Shown in pieces: positions 18,653 through 27,722 of a stretch of DNA of 64,000 nucleotides. Under the pieces are notes generated by a model. The model saw nothing but the letters and a program-made list of their open reading frames with translations. It did no database searches and was not told where the DNA came from. This stretch comes from an uncultured Bacteroidota bacterium (GTDB lineage: Bacteria; Bacteroidota; Ignavibacteria; Kryptoniales; JAKASW01): assembly GCA_963768145.1 (NCBI GenBank), contig CAVYHK010000033.1, forward strand, positions 227,756-291,755, read 5' to 3'. Numbering within the stretch: position 1 is the stretch's first letter; every line of letters starts with the position of its first letter. Position numbers and translations under genes: made by a program.

Positions 18653-19057
18653 ATGCGTTCAATCTTGATACGTAGCTCACTAATTGGCGTTCTAAGTGGC
18701 TTGCTTTGTTTCGAGCCGATCATGGCTAAATCTCTCCAGTCGGAGACCGATGAAGCTTGCGTCGCAGCTCAAGCGGACGCCGAAGAAGAAACGAGCGGTG
18801 CGTTGTGGTTCCTAGCAGGTTGTGCTCTTACATGGGTTGGAGTAGTAGGAGCCTACGTCATTAAGCCAAGCCCAACAGCATCAAAACTTCTGGGAAAGTC
18901 GCCGGAATACGTCGCGGCTTATACAGATTGTTACAAGGACAAAGCTGTGTCCATTCAGACAAAATGGGCGTGGATTGGATGTGGTGTGACCGGTGTAGTG
19001 TATCTAGTATACATAATTGTTGTTGCGGCCGCTGCTGCCAGCACCACCACCAGCTAA
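18653..19057 (+). CDS. small membrane protein, unknown function
   Basis: 134 aa with a signal-like N-terminus and two hydrophobic helices. GGGAGG sits 8 nt upstream of the ATG. Confidence 0.5.
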   Translation: MRSILIRSSLIGVLSGLLCFEPIMAKSLQSETDEACVAAQADAEEETSGALWFLAGCALTWVGVVGAYVIKPSPTASKLLGKSPEYVAAYTDCYKDKAVSIQTKWAWIGCGVTGVVYLVYIIVVAAAAASTTTS

Positions 19058-19530
19058 CGGTTCCTAAACAGGAATAGCTTGTTGGAAGATTTATTGTGAT
19101 GCCACGCTACACGACAAATGATATCCCATTTGCAAGTCTCACAATCTGCATGGAGCGCCTAGAGGTTTGTCAATAATTGCCGCGCGCCGAAAACATGCAG
19201 GACGCCCGATGACTTGTTCAAACAATCTCGGTAGTTGAGACACTAGACAGCAAAATGATAGGATATTCGGGGTCTACAGTCTTGTAGCGTGGCAGATCAA
19301 TTGCCAACTTTAAATGTGATGCTTTTTATCAAACAAAACGGAATTAATTCCCTTCAAGCCAAGGATCCGTGGGGCGGAGGGGGTACATGTACAATCACCC
19401 AATTCTGGACGGTGCTATGATTTCCAGGGTCACCTTTTGCGACAGCATATTCAAAAGACGCGGAGAGGGGGTACGAATTCAAATCCTATTCGAGTCCCTG
19501 CACGCCAGGCGAAAGATTTGTTGAGGGGGC

Positions 19531-20217
19531 ATGTTGATATATCTTTTTCTGTTGACATTGCTGCAGACAGCTTCACCTTTTCAAACCTTATGCGTCAGAT
19601 TTGCGAGGGAATTCACTGATGCCGCGGGCAATAAGGATGCATCGAAAGGCATTGTGTACTTCAGAGAAAACGATAGATTGGTCGTCAGAGTTTACGATCC
19701 GATAAATCAAGTCATGGTTCTTACGGGAAAAACCATGACGATTTATTATCCCGACCAGAAAAAGGCGTTTGAGGTCCAAGCAGAAACCCCATTCGAACTC
19801 CCCTTTGTTTCCACCATTACCGCTCCCAATCATCCTAACTACGGACTGACTGAGATGGGCTATCAATTGGAGAAAACCGAACGGAACGGTGACACGTTGA
19901 CAAGTCTCTGGCGACCTCCTGCAAATGCTCGAAAGGTTGTGGGAATGTTCAAGCTGGTGGAATGCAGAAGAAAGCTGCTCTACGCTCAGTCATTTAAACC
20001 TAACGGACAAATCTCTACTACAGCACTATTTTCGAATTATGAGAAATGTGGAAGCATGACTATTGCTTTAGATGTCACTACTTACAATCATAGGTCATCG
20101 GGAACTGAGACTGAGATAATACATTTTGAAAAACCCGAATTCGACACGGCGATACCAGATTCAATCCTGAATTTCAAGATTCCGCCTGATACCCCGATGA
20201 AGCATATACAATGGTGA
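19531..20217 (+). CDS. LolA-like (lipoprotein-carrier fold) periplasmic protein
   Basis: Signal peptide, then ..F.REFTDAAGN..SKGIVYF.ENDRLVVRVYDPINQVMVLTGKTMTIYYPDQKKAFEV, which matches the LolA/LppX-type N-terminal pattern. Motif-level call only. Confidence 0.45.
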   Translation: MLIYLFLLTLLQTASPFQTLCVRFAREFTDAAGNKDASKGIVYFRENDRLVVRVYDPINQVMVLTGKTMTIYYPDQKKAFEVQAETPFELPFVSTITAPNHPNYGLTEMGYQLEKTERNGDTLTSLWRPPANARKVVGMFKLVECRRKLLYAQSFKPNGQISTTALFSNYEKCGSMTIALDVTTYNHRSSGTETEIIHFEKPEFDTAIPDSILNFKIPPDTPMKHIQW

Positions 20218-20615
20218 TGCTTATGCGGAAGCTCTCGAGCCTTACAGTATGGCTGATTTTTGTTCGCGTGTCTTCTGCACAGACAGCGAGTGATTTGGTT
20301 TGGGTTAACAATGATTCCCTTTTTACTGCAAGAGACAATGATTCCTACGCGTCGCACAACTCAGAGGAAAACTTGGCGCCACAACGGGTAGGGACAGACA
20401 TAATCAGTCTATATCAGTTTTTCATTTCTTCTCAAGACCGTCCGTCCTGCATTTTCGAACCAAGCTGCTCTCATTACGGGCAGTTGGCACTCCAAAAGCT
20501 TGGACTCGTGGAGGGCATTCTATCGACTGCCGACAGATTTTTGCGCTGCAATGGATGGGGCGAAAAACCATACAATTTGGATGCGAAGACAAACAAGTTC
20601 ATTGATCCCCCGTAG
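20211..20615 (+). CDS. YidD-like (DUF37, membrane-protein insertion efficiency factor family) domain protein with N-terminal signal peptide
   Basis: IISLYQFFISSQDRPSCIFEPSCSHYGQLALQKLGLVEGILSTADRFLRCNGW aligns to E. coli YidD [43 protein letters not shown]. Confidence 0.7.
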   Translation: MVMLMRKLSSLTVWLIFVRVSSAQTASDLVWVNNDSLFTARDNDSYASHNSEENLAPQRVGTDIISLYQFFISSQDRPSCIFEPSCSHYGQLALQKLGLVEGILSTADRFLRCNGWGEKPYNLDAKTNKFIDPP

Positions 20616-21516
20616 ATTTAGGAAGTTTAACTCCGCGGTCTTCTGTTTCTGGAGCAGCATCTTCATAGTCTCTGGCGTCTTTACCAACGCATTTTCACAG
20701 ACGAATAAAACAGATTACTACACCCCCGAAAGGACACTCGGTTTTGCCGAGTGGTTGTACCATTTTGACCACGACTACACAAGGGCTGGCGACGAATATG
20801 CACGCTATTTGTTTCTGGTGGAAAGCCCAAACGACTCCGTACAATTTCGCCTGGCTATGTGTCGCAAGAGAGAGGGCAAGCTGTCAATAGCCGATGGATT
20901 ATTCGAAAGAGTAACCTCGATCGATTCCTGTTCTGTGTGGAGAAGCAAAGCGGTTTTCCAATCGGCCCATATTTCATTCCTACAAGACAATTACACGAAC
21001 TCACTCGGGATTCTGGCAAAAGAACTAGGCGCGGCCTGCAACTTTGAACCAGGTAGGTTCAGACAGCTTCAAGTGTTTGATCTTCTGGCGGGTAAACAAT
21101 GGGATTCAGCGAGAGTAGCTATTGACATGGGGAAATCGTATCTGACAAATGAAGAAGAACTCACCTTGAGAATGCTTCTTGGGGTGGGGAAGGCACTGCC
21201 GCACAAGAACCCACTCGTTGCTGGTTGCCTTTCGGCTTTGGTACCCGGGCTGGGAAAGGTTTACACATCCGAGTGGCAGGACGGGGTTTATTCGTTTATC
21301 TATGTGGCGCTTACAGGCTACTTGTCTTACACGGGCTTTCATAGTGCGGGTGTGCAGTCCTGGAAGGGCTGGATTTTTGGGACCCTCTCCGCAACTCTTT
21401 ATGCTGGAAATGTCTATGGCTCCGCGAAAAGTGCAACGGAATTCAACATTAGGGTCAATTCCAATTTCCTTGAAAACATAAAGCACCTGTGCGAAGGGAT
21501 CGGGATTGAAGAATAG
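20581..21516 (+). CDS. secreted helical-repeat protein with C-terminal PGLGxxY membrane module (paralogue A)
   Basis: Start is taken at MRRQTSSLIPRRF.. (signal peptide ..GVFTNAFSQ). The C-terminus reads CLSALVPGLGKVYTSEWQDGVYSFIYVALTGYLSY...YAGNVYGSA. Confidence 0.55.
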   Translation: MRRQTSSLIPRRFRKFNSAVFCFWSSIFIVSGVFTNAFSQTNKTDYYTPERTLGFAEWLYHFDHDYTRAGDEYARYLFLVESPNDSVQFRLAMCRKREGKLSIADGLFERVTSIDSCSVWRSKAVFQSAHISFLQDNYTNSLGILAKELGAACNFEPGRFRQLQVFDLLAGKQWDSARVAIDMGKSYLTNEEELTLRMLLGVGKALPHKNPLVAGCLSALVPGLGKVYTSEWQDGVYSFIYVALTGYLSYTGFHSAGVQSWKGWIFGTLSATLYAGNVYGSAKSATEFNIRVNSNFLENIKHLCEGIGIEE

Positions 21517-21528
21517 CGTCGACACAGA

Positions 21529-22431
21529 TTGTTGCAGCATAATCTGATGTATCAGGCACGGTACCATCTTCTGTTATTCTCCTTCACCCTTCTATTTCAG
21601 CCTCACGTTCTTACAGCTCAGCCAACCGTTTTGCTGGAGTATGCTGATTCTCTGGCTGCTACCAGACAGTTCTCTGCGGCAATAACAGAATTCAAGAGGT
21701 TTGTCTTCTTCCATCCGGCCGACCGAGAATTGTATTGTGCGTTCATGGGTATAGGTCTAAGCTATAGGGAAGAGCATGATTACTCACATGCAATCAGCTA
21801 CCTTCAATCATCACAGGCTTTAGCACCAAGCGACAGTATTTATGAGGCGGCATCATTGGAGATTGCACTAACTTATTTCGCATCTGGAGACGCGGGATCG
21901 GGCTTGTTAGAGGTGGAAAGAGTCTTAATTGACTCTTCTTCACCACAGTTTGTAAGAAGAGCCTTGTTTGTCAAGCTCGTGGCACTAATCAAGAGGCACG
22001 ATTGGGAACAAGCTGATTCAACCCTACATACATTTCTTCAGCAGCCAGAAAGTAAGTCCAAAGACTTCTTGTATCGCGCCGTCGATTCCGCCATCGTGGT
22101 CGCTAAGGAGACCTCTCTGTTTTCAGAAGATGCTGCCGAATGGTTGTCAGCATTTTTCCCGGGACTAGGCCAACTTTATTCGGGTGATTATAAGAACGCA
22201 CTAAACGCGTTAGCCCTGGATGGCCTGCTGGGCTACTGGGTGGTAGATTTGATTGCCACCCATCAATATTTTGACGGTGTTATGCTGTTCAGTGGGGCGT
22301 TCCTTCGGTACTACCTGGGGAACCAGTACCGGGCTGCTCTGATTGCGCACGAAAAAAATGAAGAGATTGAGCAGGAAACCGAAAACAAAATACTTAATTT
22401 GCTATCGAAGACAATTGGAAGGGGAGAGTAG
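21529..22431 (+). CDS. TPR-like protein with C-terminal PGLGxxY membrane module (paralogue B)
   Basis: Signal peptide ..PHVLTAQ and TPR-like helices. The C-terminus reads WLSAFFPGLGQLYSGDYKNALNALALDGLLGYW...YLGNQYRAA. Confidence 0.55.
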   Translation: MLQHNLMYQARYHLLLFSFTLLFQPHVLTAQPTVLLEYADSLAATRQFSAAITEFKRFVFFHPADRELYCAFMGIGLSYREEHDYSHAISYLQSSQALAPSDSIYEAASLEIALTYFASGDAGSGLLEVERVLIDSSSPQFVRRALFVKLVALIKRHDWEQADSTLHTFLQQPESKSKDFLYRAVDSAIVVAKETSLFSEDAAEWLSAFFPGLGQLYSGDYKNALNALALDGLLGYWVVDLIATHQYFDGVMLFSGAFLRYYLGNQYRAALIAHEKNEEIEQETENKILNLLSKTIGRGE

Positions 22432-22526
22432 GGAAACACTCGCGTTCGCGAGGGTATCCACCTTTCCTTTCCTATCAAAGCTCTATCCGTCCCGTTTTCC
22501 TGCCCCCATTCTTTCCCTTTGACCTT

Positions 22527-23987
22527 TCACTTCTTTCCCGTTCTTTCTTCGATCCAGTCTCCCATCAACTTCAACGCGGTAGGTGAGAACGTCTCTTCAA
22601 TCTGGGCGTACTCTTTCGGTGAACCCGTCTTCGCATCCTGGAACAGGTGGTTCAACCCCGGCATAAGTTCGATGGTGTAATCTTTGTTACCGCCTTTCTT
22701 CAAAGCTCCTTCGATTGCCTTCTGGTTTTCGATTGGCGGAACCTGCAGATCCAATGTGCCATCCATTACCAGCACAGGACATTGTACTTTTTCGAGAGCA
22801 GGTTTTGGATCATAGACGATGAAATACCTGAACCATGGTGATAGCAGTGATTCGACTTGAGACTCTATAGCCTTTTTCGGGTCCCCTCCGCCTTTCTTAA
22901 TGTCCTCACTCCATTCGGGCAATGAAACAAAATATGCTTTCAGTTTCTCCGCGACCGCCGCGCTGTCCTTCGACGATTTCATTATTCCGTATTCTCTCTC
23001 CATCACACCAATCTCCCGATCAATCTTGTCTGCCGGGACGCTATCTGCTTCCGCCATGAGTTTTGTTTGCTCAAGAATTATTTCTTCGCCCGTCACTCCG
23101 GTTCCCGCGAGGAGAACCACAAACGAAACATCTTTTGATTGAGCGGCAACCATCGGCGCGATAATCCCACCTTCGCTGTGCCCGACAAGTCCAATCTGAC
23201 TTTTGTCTATATCGTGTCGACTCTTGAGAAACTCAATTTCTGCGATGACATCCTTTGCGTGGTCGGCGGACGTGACGGCCATTTTGTTCCCTGTCGAACC
23301 GCCTATTCCACGATCATCAACCCTGAACACTGCGATTCCCCTTCTTGTCAGATAATCAGCAATGACGAGGAATGGCTTGTGCCCGAAGATCTCTTCATTT
23401 CGATCATGGACCCCCGAACCTGTAATCATAATTACTGCCGGAAAAACACCACCCGAATCCGGAAGCGTGAGCGTCCCGGAATATTTCATGCCCGTTGGCT
23501 TGTCTTCAAAGAATATCTCTTCGGACCTGTAGGGATAAGGTGGTTTCGGTTCTTGTGGCCTCTCCATCTTAGGTGGTGGCAATGCAGTAGCACTACGTTC
23601 TAATTTCAGATTCACAACCGCTCCGCCCTGCTTCCAGAAGCCCACGATGGCCGATTGGTCCTGAGCAAACTTTCCATCATAAGCACCGCCGATCAAAGCC
23701 GCAACAAAATGAACCGAGTCCTTCTCTACTGTAAGCGAACTGAATGGAATGCCATAGGCGCTTTGATCGGGACTGTCAAAAGTTGCCGAAATTGTCCCGC
23801 TGTCCGTTTTCGAAACGTGGAACACTATACGGAGTTTTGTGCCTCCCGCTTCGAGAGTTCCCTGCCATGTACCGATGACCGAGGTGTCCGCTTTCGTCTG
23901 GCAAATGGGTACCGAGTATTGTGAGATAAAGAAAACACTCAGCACCGATAGAGTGAGCGTCAACTTGGTTTTTAAAACGCCAAACAT
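22527..23987 (-). CDS. alpha/beta-fold hydrolase (serine hydrolase, secreted)
   Basis: Signal peptide and nucleophile elbow GLVGHSEGG. 486 aa. Confidence 0.75.
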   Translation of the reverse strand: MFGVLKTKLTLTLSVLSVFFISQYSVPICQTKADTSVIGTWQGTLEAGGTKLRIVFHVSKTDSGTISATFDSPDQSAYGIPFSSLTVEKDSVHFVAALIGGAYDGKFAQDQSAIVGFWKQGGAVVNLKLERSATALPPPKMERPQEPKPPYPYRSEEIFFEDKPTGMKYSGTLTLPDSGGVFPAVIMITGSGVHDRNEEIFGHKPFLVIADYLTRRGIAVFRVDDRGIGGSTGNKMAVTSADHAKDVIAEIEFLKSRHDIDKSQIGLVGHSEGGIIAPMVAAQSKDVSFVVLLAGTGVTGEEIILEQTKLMAEADSVPADKIDREIGVMEREYGIMKSSKDSAAVAEKLKAYFVSLPEWSEDIKKGGGDPKKAIESQVESLLSPWFRYFIVYDPKPALEKVQCPVLVMDGTLDLQVPPIENQKAIEGALKKGGNKDYTIELMPGLNHLFQDAKTGSPKEYAQIEETFSPTALKLMGDWIEERTGKK

Positions 23988-24034
23988 TTTCTCTCCTTTT
24001 TAGTTTGTTGACAAGCAATAGCATCCGACTGATG

Positions 24035-24700
24035 TTACAACTTAGATCCCCGATCACCATCAGCCCCCTCAAGCTTCTTGTAAAGGAAAAATGAATACAA
24101 CACACTTATTAAGGCGGATATCAAAATTGTGGACAACGGAATTATCGTGTTGACTTTCAACGATGCACAAAAGAGAAAGGCTACCCCTGACAGCATGAAC
24201 AGCCAGCCACCCAATATGTGTGTCTTCTTCCAAATCACTTCTGAAGAAACAGTCCATGGCGTCCTGATCCCCAAGAACCAGTTTTGTGGGATCTTTGGCA
24301 TGTAATTCCCGAGCAAGATCAAAAATATTCCTAAAGCAATTCCGAGCAGGTTTGCATTAAGCATCCCCACACGTGCCGCTTGGAGAGTTAGAAGAAATAT
24401 TACTGCGAAGAACACAAGGATAGCATCGCGAAGAAAGAGAACGGTCTTGAACTTCAGTTCGATCTTCTTCTTCAACGGATCGATAATCGGCAGAAATGTG
24501 AGCAAAAGATAAATGAAGGTGATGCTGATAGCCATTACAAGAAAGAAGGTCGTTCGGGGCATCCAACCGTTAGGATTGCCATGGATATCGAAATGGCTCG
24601 GCATCGGGTCAGGTAGCAGGGGGTAATAACATATTGCAGCGACAGCCATAAGCGCCAGCACCGTCAGTCCAAACAGCTCCCTTTTCCATTTCAGTTTCAT
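24035..24700 (-). CDS. SdpI/YhfL-family membrane protein (DUF1648 + SdpI)
   Basis: LLPDPMPSHFDIHGNPNGWMPR...NWFLGIRTPWTVSSEVIWKKTH. Confidence 0.8.
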   Translation of the reverse strand: MKLKWKRELFGLTVLALMAVAAICYYPLLPDPMPSHFDIHGNPNGWMPRTTFFLVMAISITFIYLLLTFLPIIDPLKKKIELKFKTVLFLRDAILVFFAVIFLLTLQAARVGMLNANLLGIALGIFLILLGNYMPKIPQNWFLGIRTPWTVSSEVIWKKTHILGGWLFMLSGVAFLFCASLKVNTIIPLSTILISALISVLYSFFLYKKLEGADGDRGSKL

Positions 24701-24701
24701 G

Positions 24702-24980
24702 TTATGACCTCTTCTTTGTTATTGACACCATATACTGTAATGCCATTTCGAACACTGTCATGTTCAACGAGTAACGTATGAATTGTCCCTCACGCCTTCC
24801 CTCGATCAATTCCGCACGTTTAAGAATATCAAGATGGTGCGAAAGAGTAGGCTGGCTTGCAGTGATGCGCTCTAACAACTCGGTCGGCGTGAGGTCCTGC
24901 CCCCTCAGATTTTCCAAGATAAGTCTTCTCGTGGGATCACTTAGTGAGGCAAAAATACGACTTATATTCTTCATGGGCAT
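24702..24980 (-). CDS. ArsR-family (SdpR-like) autorepressor
   Basis: FASLSDPTRRLILENL...TPTELLERITASQPTLSHHLDILKRAELIEGRREGQ. Its stop abuts the sdpI-like start. Confidence 0.85.
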   Translation of the reverse strand: MPMKNISRIFASLSDPTRRLILENLRGQDLTPTELLERITASQPTLSHHLDILKRAELIEGRREGQFIRYSLNMTVFEMALQYMVSITKKRS

Positions 24981-25274
24981 TAAATTGACGCATGTATAAT
25001 AATACATATATACATTCGAGTCAAGCCCCGATAGGATTGTGCACTTGAAAAGCTTGCTGATGAGACGGGAGTGTCAAGATTTCAACGCCGCGACTGACTC
25101 AGACGAAAATCGAATCCATCAACAGGAAAAACCGGCCCATCATGCTCGGTCTTGTTAGCAACACCGAAAAAAAGTAATTTGCTGTGCAGGCGAAGTCACG
25201 TCACCTCGCCTGCCAAAAGGGTGGCGTCCAGAACGTGAGACAAATTATTCATCCCGAAGACCTGAGTACTCGTC

Positions 25275-26846
25275 ATGAGCTTGTATGCTTTGGCAAAAAC
25301 AAACCTTATCATCTCGAACAGAGAAGCGGTGAATGCTGCCGTGTCGTACGTCTTGTACGTTCTGATGAGCCTTCTCCTCGTCGCTACGATCTTGGGCTCA
25401 ATCTATTCAAACGACCAACGCGATAGCACTTCAGCGATCATAGTTTTTGTCTCATCTCTGCTTCTCTACGATTATTTTTTGATCCAAGCGAAGTTGCGCA
25501 GCAGGTCGTTGATCGATAAGCTCTCATTTGCCCTCTTCCCCGTTTCGCGCCTCCGCCTACTATCGATTCGGTTCTTCCTTATTCTTGTCGACAAGAGAGT
25601 TCTTTTCTATCTGCTTCCCCTACTCGGAGTGATGGTCGCCCTGGTGACTCGCGGCCAGTTCGTCGAAATGCTTTTTATGCTACTGCTCTTTACCTTAATG
25701 TACCTGGTGATTTCACAACTTGTCTTTCTCCTTTACTCCCTCCTAAGAAAGATAGCAGATAAATTTAGCGTGAGGGCCGCCACCCAATTTTCGGCGATCC
25801 CATTTGTGCTCTTCTTTTTGTCGATAAATGCGCTAGCTCGCGGCAACACTAACCTGGTCGTCATGATGCCGGTCGTATCACAATTTACAAAAGGGTTTCA
25901 AGCGATTCTCACCTCTGATGTCGCAGTGGCTTCTATGGAAGCCGGATTCTTGTTTCTTTTCTTCATCTTAATTGTGCTTGCTGTCTTGGGCGCCGGGGTT
26001 GTATTTGACAGATTTCCGTTCTATAGTCGTTTCCGATTTACCATGTGGGGTGATGTGGGAGTCCGAAAGAATTCAGATTCCTCGATTGCCGAAGCAGCCG
26101 GAAAACGACCCGTCATCAAAATGATCAAACAGCGACGCATAGCCTCACGAGATGCTGTCATTCGTGAAGACGCCGAACCGGGAACGCATATAGGCTGGTA
26201 TCTTGTTTTTGTGGATTGGCTAGTTCATCAGAGAGAAGAGAAGATTCTTTTCCTTCTCCTTTTGTACCCGCTGATGGCGATCTTTGCCATAATTAGAATG
26301 GTCTCGCGGTTACATTTTGACCCGGGGTCATTGATCCTTCCGATATTTTTTATTACTCAAATCCTTGGTGTCTATTTCACGGAAAATCATTTTACGGGTC
26401 ATGGACTGCGTTTGTCACATATCGTTCTGACTCCATTGAACCCACTTAAGTTCGTGTTTGCAAAAACCATTTCCACGTGGGGGTTGCTGTCACTGATGAA
26501 TGTTATGGTGTGTTTGTTCTGTGGTGTTTATCTAAACATGAATATTCTTACGCTGGCACAGGGGACAATCTACTCCGTCTTCTTGCCGCTGGTGCTTCTG
26601 CAGCTTGCAAACACGCTTAGCCTTTACTTCCCGGAAGTTTCAAGGCATCCATTGATCTCGTTGTTCATCATTGTTCTATGCGAGCTTGCGTTGACTGAGA
26701 TTTATATTCTGATAATGTCGCTTAGTCTCTTCGCGGGATTGCTTTTCGTTGCCATGGCGTTCTATTTTTCCTATACGCTATCGGTGCCTTCTTGGGGAAA
26801 GCAATTGTCCAAACAGATCCAGGTTCTGCTTGAGGTTCGGAAATGA
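25275..26846 (+). CDS. large polytopic permease of an ABC exporter (unclassified)
   Basis: 523 aa with more than 10 hydrophobic segments. It overlaps the downstream ATPase gene by 4 nt. Confidence 0.55.
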   Translation: MSLYALAKTNLIISNREAVNAAVSYVLYVLMSLLLVATILGSIYSNDQRDSTSAIIVFVSSLLLYDYFLIQAKLRSRSLIDKLSFALFPVSRLRLLSIRFFLILVDKRVLFYLLPLLGVMVALVTRGQFVEMLFMLLLFTLMYLVISQLVFLLYSLLRKIADKFSVRAATQFSAIPFVLFFLSINALARGNTNLVVMMPVVSQFTKGFQAILTSDVAVASMEAGFLFLFFILIVLAVLGAGVVFDRFPFYSRFRFTMWGDVGVRKNSDSSIAEAAGKRPVIKMIKQRRIASRDAVIREDAEPGTHIGWYLVFVDWLVHQREEKILFLLLLYPLMAIFAIIRMVSRLHFDPGSLILPIFFITQILGVYFTENHFTGHGLRLSHIVLTPLNPLKFVFAKTISTWGLLSLMNVMVCLFCGVYLNMNILTLAQGTIYSVFLPLVLLQLANTLSLYFPEVSRHPLISLFIIVLCELALTEIYILIMSLSLFAGLLFVAMAFYFSYTLSVPSWGKQLSKQIQVLLEVRK

Positions 26847-27628
26847 AATCAATTGAGTTAGTCGGCTTAAGCAAGACATACAAAAGAGGTATCAAAGCTC
26901 TTGACGGGCTTGACATGACCGTGGAACATGGAACGATCCTGGGTTTCGTAGGTCCGAACGGCGCTGGTAAATCTACCACCATAAATATAATTGCCGGAAT
27001 TGTCAAGAAAGACAAAGGTGAAGTGCGAATACTGGGAGAAAAGATCAACTCTTCAGATTACAAATACAAGTGTAATGTCGGCTTCGTTCTCGAAATTCCA
27101 CATTACATAGACAAGCTCACTGCAAGAGAGTACTTGCGGTTCGCGGCAATGATGCACGAAATCGGCGCCAAGGAAACCGAAAAGAGAATTGATGAGCTTC
27201 TGGATTTCCTAGACCTGGAAGGAAAAAGGAAGGATAGGATCGAAACATACTCGGCGGGGATGAAGAAGAAAGTGTCCCTTGCTGGCGCAATCATACACAG
27301 ACCGCAAATACTAGTCCTCGATGAGCCCCTCGAAGCAATAGATCCTGTCTCGGCAAAAATTATTAAGGATAATCTCAAGTTGATGGTGCAGCATGGAGCT
27401 ACGGTTTTGTTAAGCTCACATGTTCTTGATACTGTGGAGAAATTCTGCGACGAGATCGCCATCATAAACAAGGGCAGAATTGTATTCCAAAGCAGAATGG
27501 AAGAGATTAGAGTTAAACTGAAAGACCAGCTCGGGCAAGAAACGTATTCATCGCTTGAGGAAATTTTTGTCGGTGTGGTGACAGAAAATGGCAAGACGGG
27601 AGTCGAGAAGAAGCTATCATGGTTGTGA
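26843..27628 (+). CDS. ABC transporter ATP-binding protein (ABC-2/CcmA-like)
   Basis: Walker A GPNGAGKST, signature-like YSAGMKKK, Walker B ILVLDEP. Confidence 0.9.
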   Translation: MKSIELVGLSKTYKRGIKALDGLDMTVEHGTILGFVGPNGAGKSTTINIIAGIVKKDKGEVRILGEKINSSDYKYKCNVGFVLEIPHYIDKLTAREYLRFAAMMHEIGAKETEKRIDELLDFLDLEGKRKDRIETYSAGMKKKVSLAGAIIHRPQILVLDEPLEAIDPVSAKIIKDNLKLMVQHGATVLLSSHVLDTVEKFCDEIAIINKGRIVFQSRMEEIRVKLKDQLGQETYSSLEEIFVGVVTENGKTGVEKKLSWL

Positions 27629-27722
27629 ACGAAACCTCTTATTCTCCCTCTCATTTACTTCCTCGGATATTCTCATACTCCGGCCGCGCCGATATCTCAA
27701 AGCTCTAATCTGATGGCCAAGA

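Noticed and set aside
19470-19515. tRNA-3'-end-like string (..ATTCGAGTCCCTGCACGCCA..)
   Set aside because: There is no complementary T-stem or acceptor strand upstream. It is a chance resemblance.
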